Assembly: GCF_006345805.1 (NCBI RefSeq)
Contig: NC_043021.1
Span: forward strand, 7,006,001-7,070,000
From: Octopus sinensis
Lineage: Eukaryota
Direction of reading: 5' to 3'
Length of the DNA stretch: 64,000 bases
Part shown: in pieces, positions 11,650 through 23,843 of the stretch
Layout: each line of letters begins with the position of its first letter
Position numbering within the stretch: position 1 is the first letter of the stretch
The notes under the pieces: generated by a model
The model's database searches: none
Seen by the model: the letters and a program-made list of their open reading frames with translations, nothing else
What the model was told of the DNA's origin: nothing
Position numbers and translations under genes: made by a program

Positions 11650-11869
11650 CCCTTTTGTTACCAACCCGGCTGAAATCGGCTCTGACTCTGAGTACAAATG
11701 TCTTGTTTTCATAAGTTTTAAATTAAAATCTTCCATCAAACCTTAGTCACAATTTATGTTCCTAACACTAGCTGAATGATAACTAAGTTATTTTACTAAA
11801 TTCTTTGTTATATTTAAAGTAATTGAAAGAAACACAGAGCATCTCAAAATAAATACAGTAACGAAAGGG
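11650..11869. mobile_element. piggyBac-like MITE (family P1)
   Basis: TTAA|cccttttgttac...gtaacgaaaggg|TTAA; matches 29884-30103. Confidence 0.85.
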
Positions 11870-11987
11870 TTAAGCTGGGCAGTGGTGCCCTCTTGAAAAA
11901 TTTGTTGAGTTTATAAAGAGGCATTAAATGACATGATGTACTATGTACAGCACATTCACCAAGTCATTTGACAAATAGAAAAATTTA

Positions 11988-12675
11988 TTAAAATTGCAAT
12001 GGAGACTGAATAATAACATTAATAAAACTATTAATATCATTCAAAAACACTTCAATTATAATATATTAGTATGCAAAAAAAAAATTTTGTTGTCACCTCT
12101 TCTAAGATTTTGTAATGATTTTCTGGACACTCTGTATGTTTAAAGCAGTTATGATTTTTCTTAGAAATAAAAATTTTAACCCAGATACAATACTTACATT
12201 TTAAACATATTAAGAATTAAAATTGCAATGGAAACTGAATAACATAACATTAATAAAACTATTAATATCATTCAAAAACACTTTAATTATAATATATTAG
12301 TATGCAAAAAAAAAATTTTGTTGTCACCTCTTCTAAGATTTTGTAATGATTTTCTGGACACTCTGTATGTTTAAAGCAGTTATGATTTTTCTTAGAAATA
12401 AAATTTTTAACCCAGATACAATACTTACATTTTAAACATATTAAGAATTAAAATTGCAATGGAAACTGAATAACATAACATTAATAAAACTATTAATATC
12501 ATTCAAAAACACTTCAATTATAATATATTAGTATGCAAAAAAAAAATTTTGTTGTCACCTCTTCTAAGATTTTGTAATGATTTTCTGGACACTGTATGTT
12601 TAAAGCAGTTATGATTTTTCTTAGAAATAAAAATTTTAACCCAGATACAATACTTACATTTTAAACATATTAAGA
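11988..12675. repeat. Tandem triplication of a roughly 230-bp unit containing a Tc1/mariner TIR end
   Basis: Units start at 11988, 12217 and 12448 and differ by only a few bases; each contains ctggacac(tc)tgta, the reverse complement of a TACAGGGTGTCC-type TIR. Confidence 0.9.
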
Positions 12676-13033
12676 GAAAAAAAAATCTTTTTCAAGATGA
12701 AAGTATGAACAGTAGTTTTACCAGTGAGCTGTGTCAAGGTTTATTACAGTCTTTTTATACAAGTATTCACATTCTTTAGTAAATATTTAACACCATGCAA
12801 ATATCTAAAATAAAAAAAGTGGAACAGACTGGATGGGATATTATATTAATATATGAACAATAAACTGCTAGATCCTTTTGATTGAAATAATCTTTTATTT
12901 TCTTCAAAACATAACAAGGGAGTATTTATAAAATGTTTCATTTATGTATTAGTTTTGCAAGATTTCTGATGTGAAATCATGTGTTGAAACAGAAATTGTT
13001 TTATTTGGGGATGGTCATGTTTTTACAAGTTAA

Positions 13034-13243
13034 CTCTTTAGTATTCATATTCTGTCAAATGTAATGTTTGTTTATTTATATTGTTTTGAATTCATTATGC
13101 ATTATCTTGCGGTTGTAAGACTTTGATAGGATTGTTTAGTTTTAGAATGACATAGGGATGACATGAAAGGCCGAATCTGGCCAGTTTCAACATAAACAAA
13201 TTGAATATTTTGGCCAGATATGGCCAGTTTGAATGCTAAAGGG
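13034..13243. mobile_element. piggyBac-like MITE (family P2)
   Basis: TTAA|ctctttagtattc...gaatgctaaaggg|TTAA. Confidence 0.75.
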
Positions 13244-13260
13244 TTAAACACGTGCACTAT

Positions 13261-13335
13261 ATACTTGGTCTTCATTTCAGCTTTATTATTTTTAGTTTAA
13301 ATTTTAATAATAAAGCTGAAGTGAAAACCAAGTAT
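13261..13335. repeat. 75-nt hairpin with 30-bp arms and 15-nt loop
   Basis: atacttggtcttcatttcagctttattatt / aataataaagctgaagtgaaaaccaagtat; one mismatch and one G-U pair on the + strand. Confidence 0.75.
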
Positions 13336-13677
13336 TGGCAAAAATCTTTTTCAAGATGAAAGTAGGAATAGGAGTTATTTATAAAATGCTATTCCATGAA
13401 AGTGGGTATTGAGCCATAAAAGATTAAGAACCATTGTTTTACACGAACTGTCTGTATATGAATAATATGACATATTATGAGGACACTTGATGAGTCAGTG
13501 GTGGAAGCGAGTGATCAATGAAAGTGTGACTGGAGAGAACAGCATTAATGGATGAAGAGGACAACCAGTGAAATGGTTCTGTGTTGTAAGAAGAATAAGT
13601 GGTATCAAGGAAGAGCTGTGGTTAGGGAAGTGACAGGGGTATTTTGATGAGGAAACAAATTGGATGAATGCTCCAGT

Positions 13678-13721
<44 letters not shown>

Positions 13722-13807
13722 CAATCAAAACTAGTTTCACTGAGGCAGGCAGGTCTTGTCTCTCTCTCTGTCTCTCTTTATATATATATATGTGTGTGTG
13801 TATGTGT

Positions 13808-14107
13808 GGAGGCGCAATGGCCCAGTGGTTAGGGCAGCGGACTCGCGGCTGTAGGATCGCGGTTTCGATTCCCAGACCGGGCGTTGTGAGTGTTTATTGA
13901 GCGAAAACACCTAAAGCTCCACAAGGCTCCAGCAGGGGGTGGTGGCGATCCCTACTGTACTCTTTCGCCACAACTTTCTCTCACTCTTTCTTCTGTTGGC
14001 CTGCTCGCTTAGCCAGTGGGGTGGCATCATATGGAGGCTAAAACAATGTGAAGCGCATTGTGACCAGCGATGTGTAGCAACATCTGATAGCCTGGTCAGT
14101 CACGGTG
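13808..14107 (+). mobile_element. tRNA-derived SINE (family O; resembles Octopus OR-type SINEs), near full length
   Basis: A box tggcccagtgg (13818-13828) and B-box-like ggtttcgattccc (13861-13873); CpG-rich body; sits in a (TG/TA)n tract. Confidence 0.8.
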
Positions 14108-14644
14108 GTTATATGTATATGTGTGTGTGTGTGTTTGTGTATTAGTATGTTACTGTTAGAACAAGAGAATAAAAACTATATAAAAGAACTCAACACCAGC
14201 TTAAATAGAGCAAAGTAAATTTATTGACTTCTATATTTTTACATGTGTAGGTGTGTTTCAGTCCCTAGAGAGATTCTTAAAACACTTCTGTAAAGGTCAA
14301 ACTTTTAACTAGTACTTTGAGAATCTCCCTAAAGAGTGAAACACAATGTGTCAACACAGAAGTCAATAAATTCATATGCATATAAGTGTATGTGAAATAT
14401 CAGTTCCATAGCATAGTTTTAGTAAAACAAAGTAACTAAAGATAATATATATTTTTTATATTTTTACTGTTTTGTCATTTGGCTGTGGTCATGCTGTATT
14501 TTCTCCTGTGTTTAGTGGTTATATCAATCCCCGTCTTATTTCAGTTTGGCACCACTTTATCTGTCAAACTTCAAAGGGGTACAATTCATTGAAGCAAATC
14601 TCGCCAGTACACAATCAGTCTGAATGTTCTTAGTTATACTAAGG

Positions 14645-14842
14645 CAGTGCTTTTCAACCTATTTGCTGGAGCGGAACCCCCAAGGAAACATTCCACTGGC
14701 TTGAGGAACCCCTGTGCAATAATTTGTCTTATGCACACATATCTGCACAGGAGAATTAAAAATTGCTGTCAATTTTAGCATTTTTGTAACTTCTTGCAGA
14801 ACCCCTGGACTGTACTGGCGGAACCCTGGTTGAAAACCACTG
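14645..14842. mobile_element. hAT (Charlie-like) MITE
   Basis: TIRs cagtgcttttcaacc / ggttgaaaaccactg; perfect 8-bp TSD tactaagg. Confidence 0.9.
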
Positions 14843-15404
14843 TACTAAGGTGTTGTTAGTTTGTGGGACTTTGCTCCTGTTTTGGATTGGAACACTACTA
14901 GTGGCTCAGTTTACCTTTTCTCCATACTGGTATTGATTTAAGTACCAGTCAACTAACTATACTTCTCTACAGTTTATTCTTCCTTATGTTTATGTGTGAA
15001 ATTGTTACATACGTGGCAGGCAAAGCGCATCAAATTTACATAAAAATTTGGATCGGATTCAAGTTAAAAATAGGATAAAAAAGAAGAATAAATGGAAACT
15101 TGCATTAGGCTCTTTTCAAGCTAAGGTTCTTTTCTGTGTGATGTCACTGAAAGGACCCTGCCATATGTTTCTAATTTGTATCAGTGCTTGTATTGTGTGT
15201 GTTAAATAACGTCATCAGCACTAGAGAGAGAGAAAGCTGCTTCATTGAGGAGGAGAGAACCGTTTTCTTGCTGCTTCCTCTTGTGAATATTGAAGCACTT
15301 TAAGGGATGGTAGCATATCTTGGATACAAAGAAATTGAAATTAAAATGAATTAAATTATATGAAGTTTACCTATTGTCAATATGAGAAAGAAAGAGAGAA
15401 GTCG

Positions 15405-15606
15405 TTGAACTGGCAGAATCATTAGTACAATGCTTAGCAGCATTTGTCTGTCTCTATGTTTTGAGTTCAAATTCCACTAAGGTTGACTTTGCCTTTTATC
15501 CCTTCAGGGTTGATAAAATAAGTACCAGTTGAGCACTGAGATTGATTTAATTAACTTGTTCCCCTCCCTTGAAATTGCTGGCCTTGTACCAAAGTTTGAA
15601 ACCAAT
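15405..15606 (+). mobile_element. Family B SINE, old copy
   Basis: gaactggcagaatcattag...gagttcaaattcc...aggttgactttgcc...aagtaccagttgagcac. Confidence 0.75.
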
Positions 15607-16004
15607 ATGAGAGAGAGAGAGAGTGAAGAGTGAGGTGGAATTCTGATAGGTGGATGTGTACATTAAGCAAGAAAGTGTGATTGGATATTGAGCCAATTGG
15701 GGAGTCTTTAAAAGATAAGCCATTTGCACAGCTTAAAATAGCAGCCACAGTTCTCTCTAATCATACACCCTACTCTCATCATCATTGTTTTAACATCCAA
15801 TTTTCCATGCCTGAATGGGTCAGATGAAGTTTTTTTAAGGAAGAAGATCTTTGTGGTTGGATGTCCTTCCTATTGCCAATCCTTTACCAGTTTCCAAGCA
15901 AGCTAATATTTCACACAGATATTGGAAATGAATGACACTGCTTGTATGTATGACAGTCGTTTCTGTCATGCAATATCAAGAAAGACACAAGCATACACTC
16001 AAAT

Positions 16005-16047
<43 letters not shown>

Positions 16048-16916
16048 CATCATGCCTAAACACACACGGCAAGCTTCTTTCAGTTTCTGTCTCTCAGATC
16101 CAATCACAAGGCTTTGGGACTCTGGTAGAAGACACTTGCCCATGGTGCCATGCCGTGGGAATGAACTGGAAACCATGTAGTTGGGAAGCAAACATGTCAT
16201 TATACATGTATATTCTACATCTGAAAAACAGATAGGATGGCCACTACAGGAATATCTTTGATCAGAGTTCTGCTGGATCAGTTGGAGTTAGTGTAAACAA
16301 CAACAACTTTATTCAGACATCCTACTCTTCTAGGGTCATCTAGGAGATGGCAGGTCTATGAAGACAAGCGTTAGCAAAATAAGCAAAATAAAATGAAAAC
16401 AACAATATATATTCTAGTCCACTAAAATTCCTTCCTAGTAGTGATTTGACCTTTTATTAGTTAAATTAGCAAATTTAGTGGGTTAAAAATAGAACCACCT
16501 CCTTCTTACATGCACATACTTTAGTTCTTGTATTGGTGGTGGTGATGGCGGTTGATGGTGGTAGGCGATTTATTTGGAAGACTAAAATATTCCTTGGCTA
16601 GAGGAAGAGGTGAGGGAATGGAGAAGGAAGAGGAGGGTGATAGAAGAAAATTGTTTAATAGTAAAGTGGGGAGAGAGACTAAGAGAGTGTGTGCGTATGC
16701 AAGAGATAAATTGACTATTTCCTGTAGATTATTACTATATTTACTGTATCTGTAATGGGCTAAAGAGGAAATTCCCTTTAGGTTCTAAGTCTTAAAACAT
16801 CACCAAAAAAGTACTTTGTATGTCTGTTTGTGTAGTAGTAGTAGTACTAATTCCATTTCGCAACCTGTTACTGTCCAATGACTAGAGCCATCTATTATTC
16901 TATGCCATTCTGAGAC

Positions 16917-17066
16917 ACCACCGAGGTCGACTTTGCCTTTCATCCTTTCGAGGTCGATAAATTAAGTACCAGATACGCACTGGGGTCGATATAATCGACT
17001 TAATCTCTTTGTCTGTCCTTGTTTGTCCCCTCTGTGTTTAGCCCCTTGTGGGGTAGTAAAGAAATA
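16917..17066 (+). mobile_element. Young 5'-truncated family B SINE with 24-bp TSD
   Basis: Flanked by tattattctatgccat(t/c)ctgagac at 16893-16916 and 17067-17090. Confidence 0.85.
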
Positions 17067-17137
17067 TATTATTCTATGCCATCCTGAGACCACTTTTGAG
17101 GGTATTAGTCAACCATTATGTTTGTGTGTGTGTGTGT

Positions 17138-17465
17138 ATCATCATCATCATCATTAAACGACTGTTTTCCATGCTGACATGGTTTGGATTGTTTGATTAG
17201 AACTGGTAATTGTTTGTTTTGGTATGGTTTCTATGGCTGGATAACCTTCCTAATGCCAACCACTCCATAGAGTGTACTGGATGCTTTTAACATGGCACTA
17301 GCAACAGTACTTTTTTATGTGGCATTAGCGCTGGTATCGATTCTGCTGTGGCAGATAGGTCTTCTTATGTTTAGCAAGGTACCAGATATCTTGGTCCTTA
17401 GTCATCTCCTTCATAAGGCTCACTGTCTTGTGATCGGCTGTCAATATTTCATCCCATGTCTTCCT
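17138..17465 (-). mobile_element. RTE LINE 3' fragment including the ORF C-terminus
   Basis: Minus strand reads LRKTWDEILTADHKTVSLMKEMTKDQDIW (RTE-type GRPRKTW...DRDxW C-terminus), then 3' UTR and (GAT)n. Confidence 0.75.
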
Positions 17466-18747
17466 GAGAATGAATTAAGATAAGTTGAACCTGTGATCCA
17501 AGGGTCCAGCCTTGTCAAACAGTGTCATATTCTGAGAATTACATTAAAAGTACATGTTTCTGGAATACTCAGCCACTTAATACAATAAGTGCTTAGTTTA
17601 GTTGATCTAGTGAACAACTCATTGTCAAAAATTATGGAAATTTCTCTCTCTCCCTATCACACACACACACACACACAAGCATGCATGCACACACACGCAT
17701 GCACGCACACACACAAAATACTATTTAAGTTAAGTAACGTTTTTCCTTTCTTCAGGCAGTCATGTCCGGTTTATAAATTGTCTGTCTGTGTGTTTTCCTG
17801 TTGTATAAATACATTTCTTTATTTCTTGGTATTCAAAAGTAATTTCCGTAAATGGTCGAGCTATTGCCTGTCCCTGTATTCTGAGTTTGACAGTTTTGTT
17901 TTTTTTCTGTGATTTAGAGGAAGAAAAGCTGTGCCTGTGACCCTTACCAGAGTGTTTAACCATGACATTATAGGGTACATGTAAGAGACTGCATCTGCCC
18001 TATTTGAAGCTAAAACAGAATATTTTGACAGGATATGGCCAGTTTAAATGCTAAAGGGTTAAGCATTTTATTCCATCATTTTGAAACAGTTGTATTTGAA
18101 AAGTAAACGTTACAGAAAGATTTTTACTTTAACACCTATTTTGGTCATAAAAGAGCAACCAGCCCTTTTCGATAGGACTGTAACTAACTAACATATATCT
18201 ATGTCTTAACTGGTGACCGCATTATCTGATTACACTACAGAGTGAGCGTCTAATTAGAGAAGTGGAAGAGATAATTGTCAGTTGTGTAATCAGTACCAAA
18301 GTCACACAGCATGCCATCGATATGTAATTCAAGTTACTTACACCAGTGACTTCTTCATACTATTCTGTATCAAAACCACATATAATGTAATTTTAGTAGT
18401 GAATTCATAAGATTTTTGCCATCAAAAAATAGTTTTACTTTGTCTTCCTCCCTCTTCTTTTCCCTACCCTTTCTCTCTTATTTACCCCTCTCTCTCTTAT
18501 TCACCCCTCTCTCTCTCTTTCCCTTTTGCTTGCTTGCTCACTAAATTGGTAATTCTATTTCTTGACTAAAATCATTGAAACAAACACGAATTCCAATTAT
18601 CCGAGATTTTTGAGTAATTTATTTGTGCCTAAAATATATGTTAACAAAATAATTATAGTATTATCCCCTCCCCTACAATAGGAATAATTTAGATTATAAA
18701 TGACACTCTCCTTCTTCACGTGGTTGAGTGCTTCTTAAGAATCTGAT

Positions 18748-18762
18748 TCATTCAACTGTATC
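18748..18762 (-). CDS. Candidate terminal coding exon (DTVE*) after a 71-nt intron
   Basis: Intron 18763-18833 has GTAAGT, a TACTAAT branch-like site and poly-T...ccctcCAG; frame continues from the upstream candidate exon; AATAAA about 125 nt past the stop. Confidence 0.2.
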   Translation of the reverse strand, partial: DTVE

Positions 18763-18833
18763 CTGGAGGGGAAAAAGAAAAAAAAAGTATTTATGAATTA
18801 GTAGGAAAAAAAAAAAAAAAGGAAAAAACTTAC

Positions 18834-18892
18834 ATTAGAAGATCTTGAAATCTTTAACTGATGGTTATTTGATCCTTTCGAACTGATTGTTT
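18834..18892 (-). CDS. Candidate 59-nt exon (TISSKGSNNHQLKISRSSN), unknown gene
   Basis: Acceptor ctaactttttcattaatcaccag; donor AAT|GTAAGT; one open frame; no recognisable homology. Confidence 0.2.
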
Positions 18893-21869
18893 CTGGTGAT
18901 TAATGAAAAAGTTAGCAGAGAAACGAAACATTCCTTAGAAACACTCCACTGTTGCTATCTATGTGAGATTTATAGATAGCTTCAATGTAGCTTGTTTGTC
19001 AGAGTTGGGTTTTTGCAAAACCTGAAATCTGCTGTACTAAAAAATGTAATCTTGGATTTTTTTTTTTTTGATTTTTTAAAAAATTTTATTATTTTTTTTC
19101 TTTTCTTTTTTAAGAAGCGAATCTAATTAGGTCACTGATGAATGACTAATGATGCTTAGAAATGCGCATGCCAGGCCTTCTGTCCTTATGGAAGAATTAC
19201 ATGTAGAGCGCTCGATCTTTAACTCAGATCACTTATTAGTTATTTATTTGAAACTTGATGAAATAAAAGCATTGAGTGAGTCTGTATGTAGGGTGGAGGG
19301 AAGGCTAAAGATAGTACTTTTTTCTCTTTCTTCTTGTCTTAATTCCAGTGACAAATGAATTGGTGGTGGTGGTGGTGGTGGTAATAATCATTTCATTGAT
19401 TCTGCCATTTCTTTGCAATAATCATTATGGTGCTTGTTCTGGTATTGGTAGGAGGGCATTTGTGATGGTGATGGGGGTGGCAGGTGCTATGTAGTGGTGT
19501 GTTACCACTGTTGGTGATGGTGGTGGTTTTACCAATATTGATGATTTTTTTTTTTTCTTTTTTCTTGAGCAGTAGTGATGATGATAGCCATATTGGTGAT
19601 GTTAAAATGATGATGGTATAGTAGAAGCAGTAATTGACACTGGCTTACTGGAGGCTGGCTTACAAAGACTTTGTTTTCAAGTAGAAATTAAGTACATTTG
19701 GCCCCACATAGCCTATGGTCATTACCTGCATACGCACATGAAGGTCTGAGTTCACTATTGCTAGCTGATAATCAATCGTTTCCTCATTTATATAGTACAC
19801 ACACTCTACATCTTCATAGTACCTATCATCATCATCATCATCGTCTAGCGTCCGCTTTCCATGCTAGCATGGGTTAGACGGTTCAAATGGGGTCTGGGAA
19901 GCCAGAGGGCTGCACCAGGCCCGGCTGAGCCACTGACATTTTTTGGGGGCCAGGAACATAGCAATCAGTGATAAAAGGGAATGAACTGATGAACTTCAGT
20001 GTTAGCCATATCTAGCCCAAAATATTCTACCTGTTCTATATTTAAACATAGCCACATCAAGCCTTTCACACCTATCTGACAATGTCATTCAAAACATAAT
20101 CAATCACATCACTGAAATCTCAAAGCTACAACATAATGCATTATTAATTCAAAATTATTATTATTAATAAACATTACATTTGAGAGATTAACCTGAATGC
20201 TAAAGGGTTAATTGTATGTGTCTTTTGTCATGAGAACCAGTTGACTTGCATGATCGACAGTGTGTAAAGATGTATGTTTGTATGTCAAAAAAGACAAACC
20301 AGAAGCACTTAATTTGATGCAGGCAGCAGGGAGTTGTGATAGATGTTGCTTTATTTGAAGTTGACACTGCTATTTTTATCTTGGTGTGTGTGTGTGTGTA
20401 TGTGTGTGAGGTGGAAGTGGGTTAAGAAAATAAGTATCGGTAATTTAATTGGGTAGTTTCAATGAGATTTTAACCTACACTGTCACTTTTTAAAACATTA
20501 AAAAAAAAGGGGCCTTGCAGGTTTGAAATGAATGTAATATTACGCAAAATTGGTGGCCTGCTTTAGAAATTATTGATACTTAGATGTCCCTTAGAGAAAG
20601 TAGTTGGAAGTCCTCACATCTGCACAGCATTTGGTAAGAGACTAACCTATATTAGAGTGACTCATCTGTCTGTATGTCACTCAGATTCTTTTATCTCAAA
20701 ATAAACATATCATTGGGTATTTTAAGTGTGAGGTGGTGGGGAAAGAATTTGTTGAAGAATATTTTTGATCCTATCAGAAAGGAGTGCGTGTGTGTATATG
20801 TGTGTGTGTGTGTGCGTGTGTGTGTGCACTAGTGCATTTCTATCAAACCGTATAACTGATAAATTATTTTTAAAAAAAACTCAACCTTCTTTGGCCTATT
20901 AATCTGTTAGCTGTGTACTAGTGTTTGTGAGAGTTAGATGTCAGCAATAGGTTAATACTAATTTAGTAAATAAATTACTAACTGGATACAGTATTTTTAT
21001 TGTTTCTGCTTTATGTAATGCAGTTCAAAGTAGGACACAGTATTGAACCAGTCACTCTGTTTCACTCATAGCTGTTAACTTATTCTCCAGGAAAAACTGA
21101 TGAAATGAAACAAAAACTTATGGTTATAGGCTAGACCCTTCCCCAGAGAAGTTATTTTTTACCTTTCCACTGAAAGGTTCTGCTTAATTCATTGGTCTGT
21201 ATTTCAACTCAACAATACACATTAAATGCCAATGAAGTAGCCTCCATTTTCTTACTTGATCTGCTAGAAATAGTGGTTAAATCTCTCAATTCATGCCCCT
21301 ACCATTTAAAAATATGACAAATTGGATAATGTAGTTTTAGATGCATTACTTGAAAAACAAATGGTGTTGGTTATGTTTGGATTGTCTTCGTAAAGCTGCT
21401 AGATCAGGGTTGGTCTAGTCTGAATAACAACAACAATATACGTGTTTTATTTGTTTCTAATCAGTTGTCTGTCCTGACAGTCCATCACAGTTCTATCAGT
21501 GTGGGTGACTATTTGTAGAAATAGTGGCAGAAGAGCCTCAAAACATTAGATTTTTAGGTCTACTAACCACTTAAGTAAGATCTTTAGGGCAAGCTCTCTC
21601 CCTTAACAGGGAGAGTTGTACTTAAATTATACAGCAATGTCTGTTTATAGCTAAGTGGATTTGGCCATTTGAAAGTTAAGCGTGTTGGTCAGTGACACAA
21701 TTCAGTGCCAATAATAGTATAGGAAATCTCAGTTAGTTGTCCAGTATTTTATCAACATGTTTTTTTTTTTTGTATTCTCTTTTCTATATTCTTATTAGGG
21801 CTAGAAAATTCCAAGTGTAGAATTTTGTCTTGGGCACTTAACATTACATGGCTATTTTTTATCTTTTGC

Positions 21870-22260
21870 TTATTTCAGTCATTAGATTATGGCCATGCTG
21901 GGGCACTGCCTTGGAGTATTTTTAGTTGAATGATTCGACCTTAGTACTTATTTTCTCTTTAAGTTCAGTAGTTATTTTGTTGGTTTCTTTTGCTGAACTG
22001 CTAAGTTACAGGGATGTAAACAAACTAACACCAGTAGTCAAGCGTTGGTGGTGGCACAGATACACATACACGCACGTGTGTGTGTGTGTGTACGCATATA
22101 TACATGATGAGCTTCTTTCAGTTTCCATTTACTAAATCCACTCACAAGGCTTTGGTTGGCCTGACGCTATAGTAGAAGACACTTGCCCAGGGTGTCACAC
22201 AGTTGTACTGGAGCCAGAATCATGTGGTTGGGAAGCAAGCTTCTCACCACACAGCTAGAA
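21870..22260 (-). mobile_element. CORE-type SINE (family A), degraded
   Basis: Both halves align to the family A copies. Confidence 0.8.
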
Positions 22261-22315
22261 AATAAATGAAAATGAATGGGTAATGACAGTTCAATACATA
22301 CATACATACATACAT

Positions 22316-23225
22316 ACATTGACATACACACACACACACAGCTGAGTGAATGGTGAGATGTGGTAATCATTTATTTCTCTGGTACAACCAGCTTCCTTTT
22401 AACTTAAATTACTGCTATTGCACTAGTATTACTCTTTTACTCTGTTACTTGTTTCACTCATTTGACTGCGGCCATGCTGGAGCACCGCCTTTAGTCGAGC
22501 AAATCGACCCCGGGACGTATTCTTTGTAAGCCCAGTACTTATTCTATCGGTCTCTTTTGCCGAACCGCTAAGTTTAAAATTATTAACACTTTCCAGTAAG
22601 ATATCACACACTGACACACACACACTTACCCCCTCATTCATTTCAGGTAAAGATAAAATAACTAGATGAAAAATTGGTAGAATGAGTTAAATTACAAAAA
22701 AAAAGGGAAATAGTGGGATAAAAAAAAAAGGGCAAATAAAGACATTATCAGTTGTTTAGACACAGTGCAGTCCTAGTCAAGCAGGCTTATAAAATCAGTC
22801 CAGCTGTAATCATCTTGGCGGGTGGGGGAGGGATAGGGATAGGATTAGTCTATCTAGGACTGCATTACTAATGCCTGTCCCTTCTTGTTAAGTGTAATTT
22901 AAGTAAGATTTCACTGCTATTTCTAGCTGGGTGAGTGACTGTGTAGAGGTTCACTTGTTGGTGCCTATTGGTATGTAGATTTGGTGTGCATAACTGGTTG
23001 GTGATATCAGCACTTGCTAACATTGACACACACACACACACACATACATACATACATAGCTGAGTGAATGGAGAGATGTGGTAATCATTTATTTCTCTGG
23101 TACAACCAGCTTCCTTTTAACCTAACTCGCTGCTATCTCACTAGTATTAGTTTAGACTAGTTTAGAATTATTAACACTTTCCTGTAAGATATCACACACT
23201 GACACACACACACACTTGCCCCCTC
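22316..23225. repeat. Local direct duplication of about 205 bp (22316-22635 and 23020-23225); first copy interrupted by a SINE 3' half
   Basis: Shared gctgagtgaatgg.gagatgtggtaatcatttatttctctggtacaaccagcttccttttaac...aattattaacactttcc.gtaagatatcacacactgac. Confidence 0.85.
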
Positions 23226-23691
23226 TGGCTCTGTTGTTTCATTTTATTCCCAACAATAAGAAATCTTCATCAGTGGAGCAGAGAAAAAGCTAAATCCAGA
23301 ATGGATGGTGAAATTATTCTTAAATTGATTTTATTTTCATCGCTATAAACAGTGGAAAGTATCAGTTTTCTCTCTTTGTTTAGCAGTTGTCTGATTTGGT
23401 ATTGGCCAGAGTCAATGACGAATCAATAGACAATAGACTCCAGCCTTTTCTTTTCACATTGTTACTATCAGTCATGTGATGATCATTCTGGTTGTGTAGC
23501 ATTCACTAGACAAAAGGAGAGGATAACTTATTTCTTGGATTCTGGATACTTGGTAGCATTGATGAGTTGCTATGGTTTTCCTTTGATGATCTCTAAGTTT
23601 TTAAAAACCATTTTGTTACCATATTTCTGTTGAACTAAATTGCTTTTGTTTCAATTAATTTTGGAAATAATTAAGAATTTGGTAAAATCAT

Positions 23692-23843
23692 CATCATCAT
23701 CATCATTGTTTAACGTCCGCTTTCCATGCTAGCATGGGTTGGACGGTTCAACTGGGGTCTGGGGAGCCCGAAGGCTGCACCAGGCCAGTCAGATCTGGCA
23801 GTGTTTCTACAGCTGGATGCCCTTCCTAACGCCAACCACTCCA
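23692..23843 (-). mobile_element. Young RTE 3' end fragment
   Basis: catcatcatcattgtttaacgtccgctttccatgctagcatgggttggacggtt...cctaacgccaaccactcc. Confidence 0.85.

Noticed and set aside
13808-13880. tRNA gene
   Set aside because: A and B boxes are present but there is no complete cloverleaf, and it continues into a SINE body; the same applies to family A and B heads
22630-22652. ttcatttcag|gtaaag as another recursive site
   Set aside because: Short poly-Y tract, weak donor, and it lies at a duplication breakpoint
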